Source: Octopus vulgaris
Taxonomy: Eukaryota
Length of the DNA: 64,000 nt
Direction of reading: 5' to 3'
NCBI GenBank assembly: GCA_951406725.2
Contig: OX597827.1
Span: 76,012,001-76,076,000 of the forward strand
Part shown: in pieces, positions 22,455 through 45,282 of the stretch
Layout of the letters: each line of letters opens with the position of its first letter
Numbering within the stretch: the stretch's first letter is position 1
The notes under the pieces: generated by a model
Database searches by the model: none
Seen by the model: only the letters and a program-made list of their open reading frames with translations
What the model was told of the DNA's origin: nothing
Made by a program: the position numbers and the translations under genes

Positions 22455-23052
22455 ACACACACACACATAGATGTATTTGTGTGTCTGTGTTTGTATCTCC
22501 ACCATTGCTTGACAACCGATGTTGGTGTGTTTACATCTCCAAAACCTTGCAGTTCGGCAAAAGAGAATCGATAGAATAAGTACCAAACTTAGAAATATTA
22601 AGTCCTGGGCTCGATTTGTTGGACTAAAGGCGGTGCTCCAGCTTGGTCGCAGTTAAAGTAAAAGAATAAAATAGAGTGGCTGTGTGGTAAGAAGCTTGCT
22701 TCCCAACCACATGGTTCCGGGTTCAGTCCCACTGCGTGGCACCTTGGGCAAGTTTCTTCTAGTGTAGCCTCGGGCTGACCAAAGCTTTGTGAGTAGATTT
22801 AGTAGATGGAAACTGAAAGAAGCCCGTCGTATATGTATGTATATATGTATTTGTGTGTTTGTGTTTGTTCCTCCACCATCGCTTGACAACTGATGTCGGT
22901 GTGTTCACGTCCCGTAACTTAGCGGTTTGGCAAAGTAGACTGATAGAATAAATGCTAGGCTTACAAAGAATAAGTCCTGGGGTTGATCTGTTCAACTAAA
23001 GGCGGTGCTCCAGCATGGCCGCAGTCAAAATGTCTGAAACAAGTAAAAGAAT
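22455..23052 (+). mobile_element. Two tandem SINE family A copies (3' half at 22455-22660, near-full copy at 22672-23052)
   Basis: Both carry GCTTGACAAC..TAAAGGCGGTGCTCCAGC; the second has the tRNA head GAGTGGCTGTGTGGTAAGAAGC..GGTTCAGTCCC. Confidence 0.9.
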
Positions 23053-23116
23053 ATATGTACAGAGAGGGAGGGGGAGAGATAGAGAGATTTGTATATGTTA
23101 TGTATGTATCTATATA

Positions 23117-23244
23117 TAGGGTGGGGCAAAGGTCACACATCACCCTAATCCCAAACATTTCTCCCATTTACTTACAAAAAGTAGTAAATATGAAGATGTT
23201 ATGGAAGTGTTATTCTCCTGGTGCGTGACTTTTGCACCAGCCTG
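23117..23244. mobile_element. Tc1/mariner-type MITE
   Basis: TA flanks; left TIR TAGGGTGGGGCAAAGGTCAC versus reverse complement of the right end CAGGCTGGTGCAAAAGTCAC. Confidence 0.7.
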
Positions 23245-23254
23245 TATATGTATG

Positions 23255-23660
23255 CCATTATTCAGTTTATTTCAAGATTTTTTACCAATAGAGAAAGAAC
23301 AGGTTCTCTAACCTAGATCCAAGGCTCCATCATTGGAATTTCAACACCAACAACAGGGTATTTTTGTTTGTATGTGTGTATGTGTGTATGTCTGTATGTC
23401 CAGATTTGTGTTTTACCTATGTATTTTAATGCATATAGTTACATATCTAGACATGCTCATATATATTTAAATGATAAACTTCTGGAAATTTTTGCACATT
23501 TTTACAGTTCCAGTGATGGATTGGATCTGTAGTCCTCAAATTAGCTTTCTCCTTTCTGGTTTTGAGAAGCCTAATTTCTCTAGATTGGTATTTAGGCAAT
23601 GTGTTACATATCCCAGGGCCCCAATAATTACAAGTATAAACCTGAACTTGTAATCTGGAT
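23255..23660 (-). mobile_element. Second R4/Dong-like RLE LINE 3' end (different subfamily)
   Basis: HPDYKFRFILVIIGALGYVTHCLNTNLEKLGFS..LQIQSITGTVKMCKNF, homologous to 21559-21765; the 5' end abuts (ATAC)n. Confidence 0.88.
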
Positions 23661-23720
23661 GTATGTATGTATTTATGTATGTATGTATGTATGCATGTAT
23701 GTATGTATGAATGTATGTAT

Positions 23721-23960
23721 GAAGCCCGTCGTGTGTGTGTGGTGCATATGTGTGTGTATCTTTGTGTTTGTACCCCCACCACACAGCTTGATATCTAGTG
23801 TTGGTTTGTTTACGTCCCCGTAATTTGATGGTTCGCCAGAAGAGACAGATAGAATAAGTACCAGGCTTTTAAAAATAAGTACTGGTTTCGATTTGCTCAA
23901 CTAAAACTCAAGGCAGTGTCCTGTCATAGTCACACTCCGACGACTGGAACAAATAAAAGA
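23721..23960 (+). mobile_element. SINE family A, 3' part
   Basis: GAAGCCCGTCG..GTTTACGTCCCCGTAA..GATAGAATAAGTACCAGGC. Confidence 0.8.
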
Positions 23961-24359
23961 AGGGTGAGGATAAACCGGGACACGTATTTCTGCATCAACA
24001 GCCGTTATCAGCACGAGTTTTCCGGTCTTGGCACCAGCTGACGTAAGACAATTACATCTACAAAAGAGGAGAGAACGTTCACAGATTAGAATATTTGCAC
24101 AATTAAATTGAAATTTAGCTAAAAGAAGCAACTCATCTGATCAGCTGCATGAAATAGTAAACGAGAAAAATTCTTAATTTACGGAGATGAAATTCATTCG
24201 GGAAATAAAGAAGCGCCTGGCGGTAATTGCGGGAGTCTTCTGAGAGGGAAGGGAGATAATCTGCAGACCATCATTCTGCTCCAGAATCATTATTGAGGAG
24301 AATGGTTCTGGAGCTTTAAACCACTGCTGAGTTCGGGCTTAAACTCGACTTTGCAGAGG

Positions 24360-34239
<9,880 letters not shown>

Positions 34240-34240
<1 letters not shown>

Positions 34241-34890
34241 ATCCTAAAACACTGTGCCGATACTACACCAGATTCTGAACACTTTGATACTGTCTCCCAT
34301 ACAACGTTACCACACATAATTCACTATACTGCCATACTGTGGTACACCATACTATTACTCTATAGTACATCATACACTATAGCATTACACTGTGATACAC
34401 TATACCTCTACACTGGTTTGCCATACACTATACCACCACGTATGCCATACACTTTAGCACCGTACTGTGGTACACCATTCACTACCAACACACTGGTATG
34501 CCATACAATATACCACCACACTTGTACGTCATATACTATACCACCATACTGTGGTACACCATGCACTATACCATCACACTGATATGCCATTAACTATGCC
34601 ATCACATTGTGATATGCCATACACTATACCACCACATTGGTACACTATACACCTTACGTCCACACTATGTTATACCATACACTATATCATCACAGTATGG
34701 TATACCATACTCTGCTACCACATTGTGGTGCACCATATACTATACCATCACACTGTAGTACAGCATATACTCTACCACCACACTATGGTTTGCCATATAT
34801 TCTACCATCATAATACGCTGTGATGTTACTACCACATTATCACACTAACTTATCACTCCAATTACTTCACCATATTATGATATTATGACT
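34240..34890. repeat. Degenerate ~28-30-bp minisatellite (approximate consensus TACACCATACACTATACCACCACACTGTGG)
   Basis: About 20 imperfect units; produces the HHILYHHTVV periodicity in ORF 34467-34823. Confidence 0.85.
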
Positions 34891-34896
34891 CCATAC

Positions 34897-35200
34897 GTGG
34901 AGGCGCAATGGCCCAGTGGTTATGGCAGCGGACTCGCGGTAGAAGGATCACGGTTTCAATTCTAGACTGGATGTTGTGTGTGTGTTTATTGAGCGAAAAC
35001 ACCTAAAGCTCCATGAGGCTCCTGCAGGGGTGGTGGCAACCCCTTTTATAACTCTTTCGCTCCAACTTTCTCTCACACTTTCTTCCCGTTTCTTGAGTAA
35101 CGCTGCGATGGACTGGCGTCCCGTCCAGCTGGGGGGAACACATACGCCATAGAAACCGGGCCCATGAGCCTGCTAGGCTTGAAAAGGGCGCATAAATAAA
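34897..35200 (+). mobile_element. tRNA-derived SINE family B
   Basis: GGAGGCGCAATGGCCCAGTGGTT (A box), GGTTTCAATTC (B-box-like), core CTGCGATGGACTGGCGTCCCGTCCAG; second copy at 36520. Confidence 0.88.
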
Positions 35201-36519
35201 TAGAAATTACTCTATACACAGCTACAGCATACGCCTCTGTATTACCACCACCACCACAATACACTGACATAAGCACACCATAGACCACCACACAACACAT
35301 TATGGCACTATGACACTGTACATTTGACAGAATCATTAGAGCATCCATTGAAATGCTTTGCAATTTTCATTGTGGCTCTTTGTGGTCTGAGTTCAATTCC
35401 TACCTTTGGGTGGTAGGCTTACGCTGCCATCCACTTTAACACTTCTCCTTTGTCTTTGGGTTCCAGTAAGCCCAGGAGTTAACTTTATTGCAAACATTCA
35501 AGGCCAGGTCTTTAGTTGATGAGTTTATATCCCTCCCTCCCTGCCTGTCTCTTACAAATCTCAGAATCCCTGGGAGGGGATGGTCACTGACTTTTCTCCT
35601 GAATGAAAGACGAAGACAAAAAACAGCTACATTAATGCACAATTTATTGCTCAATGTTTAAGAAGTTGTTCTCCTCCTCATCATCATCATCATCTCCATC
35701 ATCATTTTTAGTGTACTTTCCATATTAGCATGGGTTGGACAGGTCTTCTAAGGTAGATAGTCGTTTGGTTACCTCTTACAAAATGTAGGTACATAGTGTA
35801 CTTGTTCCAAAACCATGTTGCTCACAATATAACTTCATCAGCATCACTGGTCATCTGTCAACTTTCCCTCAAACCCTGACTGTGGTCATTATGGCCCAGA
35901 TAACTTCTATTGTGATTATGCCTCAACACTGATTACTATGGTCATTCTCACTTAGATGCTGGCTACTGCATATGACCCTTGGGGGTATCCTTATAAGTTT
36001 TTGTTTTTTTTTTGTTAAAATTTATGTGCAATGATTTGTTTATACTTCTGCAATACACAAAATATCATAACAACTTTCTGATCCAATTCCTAATAATATT
36101 TAATTCTAAAAATATAATGGGATTTTTTTTAATGTTGAATGGCTGTAAGGGGCCACCTGACTAAAATAGTAATCAAAGGGGTCCACAGGTAGAAAAGAGG
36201 TTGAGATCCACTGGCCGAGATACTGCTGTGGTCACAATGACCTGGAGACTGACTGCTGTCAACAGCCTTCCTTAATGTTGAGCTTAAGTCTTTCGGCATC
36301 AGTTTATATTGCTTAACAGCCAGAGTGTTACTGTTATAAACTTGGTTTGGTGTGATGTACTGTAGTGTGTTCAGGTGACCGAGGTTGTGTTGTACTGTAG
36401 TGACCTTAGCTGTGGTGTTGTTATTGTTATTAACCCCAGGTCATACCTTATTGAGCTACCTATGATCAAAAGTTGTTCCAGTTGTGATCTTTTTTTTTTC
36501 TTTTGTATTATATATCAAG

Positions 36520-36834
36520 GTGGAGGTGCAATGGCCCAGTGGTTAGGGCAGCGGACTTGTGGTGTGAGGATCGCGGTTTCGATTCCCAGACCAGGCGTTG
36601 TGTATGTTTATTGAGCGAAAACACCTAAAGCTCCATGAGGCTCCGGCAGGAGGTGGTGGCAACCCCTGTTGTATTCTTTCACCCCCAACTTTCTCTCACT
36701 TTTTCTTCCTGTTTCTTGAGTAACACTGCAATGGACTGGTGTCCCGTCCAGCTGGGGAGAACACATACGCCACAGAAACTGGGAAACCTGGCTCAAGAGT
36801 CTGGCTAGGCTTGAAAAGGGTGCATAAATAAAAA
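36520..36834 (+). mobile_element. tRNA-derived SINE family B with 13-bp TSD
   Basis: Homologous to 34897-35200; TSD ATTATATATCAAG at 36507-36519 and 36835-36847. Confidence 0.92.
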
Positions 36835-36873
36835 ATTATATATCAAGAATTTCATTGACCACTCTGTCCTCCT

Positions 36874-37213
36874 CATCATGATCGTTTAATGTTCACTTTC
36901 CATGCTAGCATGGGTTGGACGATTTTGACTGAGGGCTGGCGAACCAGATAGCTGCACCAGGCTCCAATCTTGATCTGGCAGAGTTTCTACAGCTGGATGC
37001 CCTTCCTAACACCAACCACTCTGAGAGTGTAGTGGGTGCTTTTATGTGCCACCGGCACGGGGGCCAGTCAGGCGGTACTGGCAACGACCTCGCTCAAATC
37101 TTTTACACATGCCACCGGCTCAGGTGCCAGAAAGGCGATGCTGGTAACGATCACGCTCGAATGGTGTCTTTTACGTGCCACCGACATGGAGGCCAGATAA
37201 CCGCTCTGGCAAC
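36874..37213 (-). mobile_element. RTE 3'UTR copy (about 3 internal repeats)
   Basis: TTTCCATGCTAGCATGGGTTGGAC..GGATGCCCTTCCTAAC..GTGCCACCGGCAC. Confidence 0.9.
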
Positions 37214-37752
37214 ATAAAATGACAGGTATGATTTGAAGGAATCTGGCTGCAATTTTTAGCCATTTAAGTGAGCACATAGAGACTCCTTCATTTGGTGTAG
37301 TGTATTGTGAAGTACTGTAGGGTAATGTAGCATGGTGATATGTAGTATTTCCTAGTGCAGTGTTGTATGGTCTCCTCTGTTGACACCTGTTATATTGTGT
37401 TGTGATGTGTTACGATGTGTTGCATTAAGGTTCTCATTTCTCCTGAAACAGTGCTTCCAATTTGATTGCTTTGATTGCACTCTGACACCTCATCACCATC
37501 ATTTTTATCTTTTTTACAAGCTCCACCCTGACAACTCCCAAGATAACCAACTACAGCAACTAATTTAGTCCTTTCTTTGATACTTTGATCTCTCAACACC
37601 CAGCATAAAACCACCTCTGCCTTTACAAGAGTGCAAGTAACACCGCAGATGTCATTACTGCTGGTGCTGCAAAGCAAGTACTTAGCACACCCTGGTGGTG
37701 TGGTTGATGTTAGGAAGGGCATCCAATTGTAAAAAAACATGCTAAGGCATAT

Positions 37753-37975
37753 TTCTTTATTGCCCACAAGGGGCTAAACATAGAGGGGACAAACAAGGAC
37801 AGGGATTAAGTCGATTACATCGACCCCAGTGCGAAACTGGTACTTTATTTATCGACCCCGAAAGAATGAAAGGCAAAGTCGACCTCGGTGGAATTTGAAC
37901 TCAGAACGTAACGATAGACGAAATACTGCTAAGCATTTCGCCCGGCGTGCTAACGTGTCTGCCAGCTCGCCACCG
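37753..37975 (-). mobile_element. SINE family C (Nin/Deu-like core) with 14-bp TSD
   Basis: Reverse complement contains GACTTTGCCTTTCATTCTTTCGGGGTCGATAAATAAAGTACCAG; TSD ATGCTAAGGCATAT at 37739-37752 and 37981-37994. Confidence 0.9.
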
Positions 37976-38856
37976 ATTATATGCTAAGGCATATATTGGT
38001 GCAGGGCACAGTATCCCAGTTTGCTGGGTCTTGTCAAACCATACAACCCCTGTCAGCATGGAAGAGGGGCGATAAATGTTAATGATATTACTGTTCTGGA
38101 GGTTCAGATTGCATTTTTGGTGGAACTTGGTGTTAATAATCAAGAAGCAGTTTGTTCTTTAATGTTTAGGTTTTGCTCATTCTAGGATACCAAAGAAATA
38201 CACAGCTTGTTTGTTTTTATGACCACATTTCCATGGCTTAGGTGAATACATATTGTTGAAGCTTTGTTTTACAACCAGATGTTCTGCCTGGCACTAATCT
38301 TTGTTTGCTGACAAGAGAGGTTTTTTTTCATTCAGCATGTCTTTTAACATGCAGAGCTACCATCTGATTTGCTAGCAGGGAAATTACTGCAGGTAACACT
38401 AACTAAAGCTCATGCAATTTCATCAGGCAACACCTATTTCTAAAATATTAAATTATATTTTGAAAATTCTCAGGGCATCTATATACCCCTTGTGGTACAC
38501 CAATATCTGCAGCACACCATTTGAGAACCCCTGGCAAAGAAGCTCTCTCATTGACTCAGGAATGTAATTAGATTGGGGTGGACTCAGTTACCAAAGACTT
38601 TTATTTGCTGGAAACAGTGGCCTTCTTGCTCCGGATAAAAGGTAGATACGATTCATGTGTAAGGAGTGTCACACTCTATGGTAATGAGATGTGTGGAGGA
38701 GTATGTAAGGAATATCTGGAATATAACATAAGTATGATGTATGATCTAACGTATGTGCACTGTGAACTGCAGTGTCAATAACTGAATGCATCTAAACTGC
38801 AACTATCAGCGAGTGCATGCTGCACTCAGTCATGCAGGTGCTGTTGTTCTTGTATA

Positions 38857-39739
38857 GGAGGTGGTATCAAAAAGTTCTTGGACTAGTTCTGTAACACGCC
38901 AACAAATGGCAGCACACAGTTGCATGCGCATTAAGAGTTAGCAGTGACCATGGAGCAGTGTGCTGAGTGACTTCACTCTGTTTACTTCACAAGTTGTGAA
39001 ATTTGTGTTTTTGTGATTACATGTGTATGCTGTAGTCTGTGATTTTTGTCATGGACAGGAAGTTGGAACAAAGAGCCAACGTGAAATTTTGCATTAAACT
39101 TGGGAAGTCTGCTACAGAGGCATTGAGCAGGCTTCGGTAAGCTTACAGCAACGAGGCTATGTGTCGTACCCAATGTTTCAAACGGCACAGACGCTTCTAA
39201 GCAGAAGAACGTCTCTGGAAGACCTGTCACGAGTGTCATCTCCGGAAATGTGGAGAAATTTCATCAGCTTGTGGATGAAGACCATCAGAGGACAGTCGAC
39301 AACATTTCTGATGTTGTTGGTCATCTGTCACATGGGTCCATGCAGGCAATCTTAACATCTGGATTCTTCATGACAACCATGCATCCTGTCACTGAACTCT
39401 CCTCACTCATGAGTTTCTCACCAAAAACATGGTACCACTTTTGCTCTCACCCTATTTGCCAAGTTTAGCACCTGTGGACTTACATCTCTTCCCCAAGGTG
39501 AAAATGCGGGTCAAAGGTCACCATATTTACACTGTTGTCCATATCAAGAGTGAATCGCAGAAGGTCCTCAACTCGCTTACAGAAAATTACTTCCAGGCTG
39601 GGTTCCAAAAGTGGCAGGAACGCTGGGACTGATGTATTGTTTTGCAAGGTGACTATTTCAAAGGAGATAATGTTAAAACTTAGGTAAATAGGGTTTTTTT
39701 TTATTAAATATAATTCAAGAACTTTTTGATACCACCTCC
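38857..39739 (+). mobile_element. Internally deleted mariner transposon with intact 24-bp TIRs
   Basis: TIR GGAGGTGGTATCAAAAAGTTCTTG at 38857-38880 and 39716-39739, TA on the left; pseudogene MDRKLEQRANVKFCIKLGKSATE (39051), LHDN, PYLPSLAPVDLHLFPKVK, FQKWQERWD*CI..GDYF. Confidence 0.93.
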
Positions 39740-40986
39740 TGATGCTTGCTCCTGATCTTTTTCATAGCTGCTCTTGATCAGCTCTGATGAAGCAAAACTA
39801 TGGCATGCAGGTAGTTGGTCAAAAAACAAGGTGCAACCCACGTCCATCTTCCCTGCTATATCATGATTCTACTTTGCAGAGGACAACACTGTATATTCTG
39901 ATGTGCATTCAGGCAACACCTATTTCTATGTACTTCACAAGACCTCATTTCCTCATGTAACAATATGGATCTGTTGTACTCTCTCCACTCTCCATTCTGT
40001 CTGAAGATTCTGATGGTGACCGCAGTAGAAGCAGGCAAAGGTGATATCAGAGCACAACAGTTGCTGTTCTTCTGCATTTATTGGTATTTGTTTCATACAT
40101 TTTTGGCATCCACACATGGAAGAATTATCTCTTGGATATATCTGCATCAATTGACCAAGATTCCAGACAGGGACATCTCCATTTCTGATGTCTTCTATTC
40201 AGGATTACTTTATCAATTCTTAACACAGTAAGGTGAAGGCACATGGCCTGGCGGTCAGAGTATTGCAATCACAATCATATAATCATGGTTTGGGTTCCTG
40301 GCCCAGCCCAACCCAGTGTGTTGTGTTCTTGAGCAAAACACTTCTTTCCATGTTGTTCCAGTCCATTCAACTATAAATCAGTTGCAACAATAACTGGGAA
40401 GTTAACCCTGGAACAGATATGCCCCTCATTCAATGTGAAGGGCTTGTAATCTCAGTGACTTACATGTCGTAGAAACCAGGTTCTGCTCTGGCTGTATGAA
40501 TCCCTGGGCACATGACAAACGTATGCCTGAGGTAGAATTTGAAGATCTGGCTGTAATTTTGGCTGGTTTAGTGACTCCATGAAAGCTTAGATGCAACACT
40601 CAGCAAACTTTGAATGGCTGGGCATGGCTGTGTGGTTAAGAAATTTGTTTTGCAACTGTTATTTTGGGTTCACTCCAGTTGACTGGTGTATGTGATGTGC
40701 CATATACCATTTCATACCTTCATGTATCATGTATTTTTTTATTATTATTAATAACTCATTCAGAGGGGGGAAAAGGTACCACTCTGTACCATTTGGCAGC
40801 ACCTATTTCTATGTACTTCACTAGAGCTCATCATTATGTAGCACACACCATCTCTATCACAATATTCCACATAAAGAATGTACCTCCATCTGCCACTAGT
40901 TATTGACTGAAAATGTTGTATAACACAACTGGTGACAGTTTAGTGTTGACTTAGTGTGTAGTGCAGAGTTGGTCACTAGAAAGGTA

Positions 40987-41480
40987 TCATCATCATCATC
41001 ATCATCATCTTTTAACGTCTGCTTGCCATGCTAGCATGGGTTGGATGGTTTGACTGAGGTCTGGCAAACCAGATTGCTGCACCAGATTCCAATCTGATCT
41101 GGCAGAGTTTCTACAGCTGGCTGCCCTTCCTAACGCCAACCACTCCGAGAGTGTAGTGGATGCTTTTACGTGCCACCGGCACGAGGGCCAGTCAGGCAGT
41201 ACTGGCAACGGCCACACTCAAATGGTGCTTTTTATGTGCCACCTGCACAGAAGCCAGTCCAGCGGCACTGGCAACGACCTCGTTCAAATGTTTTTTCACA
41301 TGCCACCAGCACAAGTGCTAGTAAGATGACGCAAGTAAAGATCACGCTCAAATGGTTTTTTTAACGTGCCATCGGCACAGAGGCCAGCTTGTTGCTCTGG
41401 CAACGATCTCACTCGTATGGTACTCTTAGCGCTCCACTAGCACGGATGCCAGTCATCGAATCTGATTTCGATTTCGATTA
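40987..41480 (-). mobile_element. RTE 3'UTR copy (about 5 internal repeats)
   Basis: (CAT)n tail, CCATGCTAGCATGGGTTGG, repeated GTGCCACC/GCCAG..CTGGC units. Confidence 0.9.
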
Positions 41481-42107
41481 GAATCTCACACAGATCTTCT
41501 CAGGATTATTTGGGTTCTGCTGTTGTTTAGCCCCTGCTCACCTCTCACTTGCTAGACCTATGATCACAGGTTTTTCAATTTGACCATCTTTTTCCCTTTT
41601 TTACTAGAAATAGTGTACCTTGAACTACATTATTCTACGGCTTCTTACATTTTTAAGGTTGTAGTATGTGATTTTCAGGGTGATTTAGCAACTATTTAAA
41701 GCAGGTCAAGCAACCATGCAGAGGCTCTCTCACTCGCTGTTAAAATACTGGTGATGTTGGCAAAAATGATAATGAACTGGCAGAATTTTTAGCGCACCAA
41801 GCAAAATGCTTAGTGGTATTTTATCTGTCCTGACGTTCTGAGTTCAAATTCTGCCGAGATCGACTTTGCCTTTCATCGTTTCGGGGTCGATAAATTAAGT
41901 ACCAGTTACGCACTGGGGTCGATGTAATCGACTTAATCTGTTTGTCTGTCCTTGTTTGTCCTCTCTGTGTTTGGCCCCTTGTGGGTAGTAAAGAAATAGG
42001 TATTTTGTCTGTCTTTATGTTCTGAGTTCAAATTCCACCAATGTCGACTTTGCCTTTCATTCTTTTGGGGTCGATATAATTGACTAGTCCCCTCTCTAAT
42101 AGAAAGG

Positions 42108-42145
<38 letters not shown>

Positions 42146-42924
42146 CATTATTATTATTATCAAGGTGGTTAACTGGCAGAATTGTTAGCAGCCCCAGCAT
42201 GGCCGCGGCCTTCAGGCTAAAACATCTTTAAGGTTTTAAGGATTCTGGACAAGATACTTAGCAACATTTCATCTATTTTTACATTCTAAGTTCAAATTCT
42301 GCTGAGGTCATCCTTTGTGGGGGGGGGGAGTCAATAAAATAAGTACCAGCTGAGCACCGGGGTCGATGTAACTGACTTACCTGCTGCCCTGAATTTGCTG
42401 GCCTTGTGCCAAAATTTGAAATCATTATTATTAAGGTGGTAAGCTGGCAGAATCGTTAGCACACCAGACAAAATGCTTAGAAGCACTTCATCTATCTTTT
42501 TGTTCTGAGTTCAAATCCTGCTGATATCACCTTTGTAAATACTAGTTAAGCACTGGAGTCAATGTAATTATTTACACCCCTTTCCCCGAATTTCATGCCT
42601 GGTGCCAAAATTAGAAAGGATTATTATTGCTTTTTTACTCGATTTTTTTCACAAACGGACAAAACCCTTTGTAACCTTTCGTCCTGTTTTGTCCCTTTAT
42701 GTCATAATTGATTTTTGTCAGCCCTTGTGGCCAATAAAAGAATTAATTATTATTATTATTAAAGTGGCAAGCTGTTAGAATCGTTAGCACACCAGACAAT
42801 GTGCTTAACAGCACTTCTTTCAACAGTTCCATTCTGTGTTCAAATCCTGCCAGGGGTCAACTTTGCCTTTCTTCCTTTCAGGGTCCATAAAATAAACTAG
42901 CAGTCAAGTATTGATGTTGATATA

Positions 42925-43546
42925 CAGTAATCCCTCGACTATTGTGGGTGTTATGTTCCAACCCCCGCCCCACCCCCTGCGATAGGTAAAAATCCACAAA
43001 GAAGAAACAGTACTGTACTCTTTTACTTGTTTCAGTCATTTGACTGCGGCCATGCTGGAGCACCGCCTTTTAGTCGAGCAAATCGACACCAGGACTTATT
43101 CTTTCTAAGCCCAGTACTTATTCTATCGGTCTCTTTTGCCGAACCGCTAAGTGACAGGGACGTAAACACACCAGCAACGGTTGTCAAGCAATGCTAGGGG
43201 GACAAACACAGACACACAAACACATACACACATACATATATATATATACATATATACGACGGGCTTCTTTCAGTTTCCGTCTACCAAATCCACTCACAAG
43301 GCATTGGTCGGCCCGGGGCTATAGCAGAAGACACTTGCCCAAGATGCCACGCAGTGGGACTGAACCCGGAACCATGTGGTTGGTTAGCAAGCTACTTACC
43401 AGACAGCCACTCCTGCGCCTGTAAATTTTTTTTAAAATTATTTTTATAATTTGTATATATTTGTTTTATTATAAAGGCAAAACAACACCACGGAGGAATC
43501 GACGTAAGCTTAAATAATAAACCGCGATATGGGGAGGGAATTACTG
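42925..43546. mobile_element. Pogo/Tigger-type MITE, interrupted by a SINE
   Basis: TA|CAGTAATCCCTC ... GAGGGAATTACTG|TA. Confidence 0.8.
43018..43418 (-). mobile_element. Full-length, young SINE family A
   Basis: Near-consensus with CpGs intact; flanked by a CTGTA direct repeat. Confidence 0.92.
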
Positions 43547-43576
43547 TAATCAAACCCCTCTGCCAAAATTTGAAAC

Positions 43577-43607
<31 letters not shown>

Positions 43608-44078
43608 GAGTGAGAGAGCAGTTCATGCCATCAAAGTGACACAAGGGTAAAATATACAAAGCCCAATATACCCATCATGACTACCCGTCTGATAAGGGTA
43701 CACCAGGCACATGCATCACAACCATATGTGCGCGACATGGTGATCTCATATCAAGATAAACAGCACATGACCTTGCAGGTGGGGCCCAGTTAGAATTTTC
43801 TTCAGGTTGAGTAGCCCATCCTGCTCAAAAGGTCCCTGAATAAGGGTTGTTTAAGGATGTTGAAAGAACCACCCATGTTTCCAAGGGTGAATTATTCAAA
43901 CCCCAAAGAATCCCTCTCAACACATGGCTATGATGCTCCCCCACTACTTCTGCTCATGATCAGAGATGCACATATCGTCAGCCACTAAGGGACATGCTCA
44001 ACTGGTTAAAGTCAAACAACTGACAAGCAAATCTGTGGTATTGAGCAGAATATTTGCTGTAGCCCATCTTTTATACCA
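43608..44078 (-). mobile_element. Non-coding element inserted in (TTA)n, probably the 3'UTR of a TAA-targeting LINE
   Basis: About 470-bp unique block bounded on both sides by (TTA)n-type repeats; no ORF; identity and strand are inferred. Confidence 0.4.
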
Positions 44079-44457
44079 AATTATCGTTATTATCATTATT
44101 ATTATTATACATTAGTTTTGTGTGAGTTTCTGCCGTGCCACCCTGTATACTTCCATGTTCCTGAAGTTTATGTAACACTGCGTTTTTATTTTTGTGAGGA
44201 TGTTCATGTACCGCACCAGTTTGTTTTGTTATTCTAGTGTATGTTCTGTTGTGTACGATGTGTGTAATGCAAGTTGTGTTACATCATTGGGCCTTAATTT
44301 CATTATGTTGCACAAGTTGTGTTGTTTTAGGTTATCAGGTGCATACTGTATAGGATATATGTGTTGTGTGTAAAAATTGTTCTATTTAAGCTCTTCTACT
44401 GAATTGATTGTCTTGTGCAAGATGTGGGCTATTATATATATATATATGTATTTTTTT

Positions 44458-44609
44458 ATATTGCCTAATGCTCCAAATACTAGTGGTATTGTTTTCACAC
44501 TCATACCCCACATCTCGAATATTTCAGTTTCAAGGTCCTTGTATTATGATAGCTTCTCCACTTCTTTTCGGGCAATATTTTCACCAGAAGGGATTGTAAC
44601 GTCTATTAG

Positions 44610-44612
<3 letters not shown>
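44458..44612 (-). mobile_element. R4/Dong RLE domain fragment
   Basis: LIDVTIPSGENIARKEVEKLS*YKDLETEIFEMWGMSVKTIPLVFGALG. Confidence 0.85.
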
Positions 44613-44613
<1 letters not shown>

Positions 44614-44694
<81 letters not shown>

Positions 44695-44885
44695 TGTTTA
44701 ACGTCCGTTTTCCATGCTAGCATGGGTTGGACGGTTTGACCGGGGTCTGGGAAGCCAGGAGGCTGCACCAGGCTCCAGTCTGATCTGGCAGTGTTTCTAC
44801 AGCTGGATGCCCTTCCTAATGCCAACCACTCCGTGAGTGTAGTGGGTGCTTTTTATGTGCCACTGGCACGGAAGCCAGTCAAGGC
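44614..44885 (-). mobile_element. RTE 3' tail with expanded (CAT)n
   Basis: (CAT)n 44614-44694 followed by GTTTAACGTCCGTTTTCCATGCTAGCATGGG. Confidence 0.9.
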
Positions 44886-44956
44886 ATATTATTATTACAA
44901 TCTAATCAACTTTTCCCCTCCCCCAAATTTCAGGCCTTGTGCCTATATCAAAAAGG

Positions 44957-45282
44957 ATTATTATTATTATTATTCTATGTTTGACTTTTGCTTTACATTT
45001 GTACAAGTTGGCTCCAAGTCTCACCCAGAGACCTCAAGAGACAACAAGTTGGAAGTTCATGTTGGTGTTATGCCTAGGGTACCATATATTTGGTTTTGTA
45101 CATAGTATTGTTCTAGAGAATGTCTAAGAAACCATAAGAAAATTAAGTTTGTTTTAAAACTTGAGATTACATAGAAAGTATTTTGTGTAGGATATGAGCA
45201 GTTCCCATGAGCACTATCTTTTGAATTTCTGCCATTTTCCTAGTTTCCTGGTATCTGAGTTAGGTAACAATCAGCCCCTTTT
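44957..45282 (-). mobile_element. Dong-like LINE C-terminus and 3'UTR in (TAA)n
   Basis: KGADCYLTQIPGN..KMAEIQKIVLMGTAHILHKILSM*, then 3'UTR and (AAT)n tail; TTATTATT at the other end. Confidence 0.85.

Larger units (their letters stand above)
41773..43606 (+). mobile_element. Head-to-tail cluster of about 5 SINE family C copies with (TTA)n tails
   Basis: Repeated GGCAGAATCGTTAGC..TTCTGAGTTCAAAT..CTTTGCCTTT units starting at about 41775, 42005, 42163, 42433 and 42763. Confidence 0.85.

Noticed and set aside
34467-34823. His-rich repeat ORF (HHILYHHTVV)n resembling a structural protein
   Set aside because: Explained by a ~30-bp minisatellite whose units vary by non-multiples of 3; no ATG start or signal peptide
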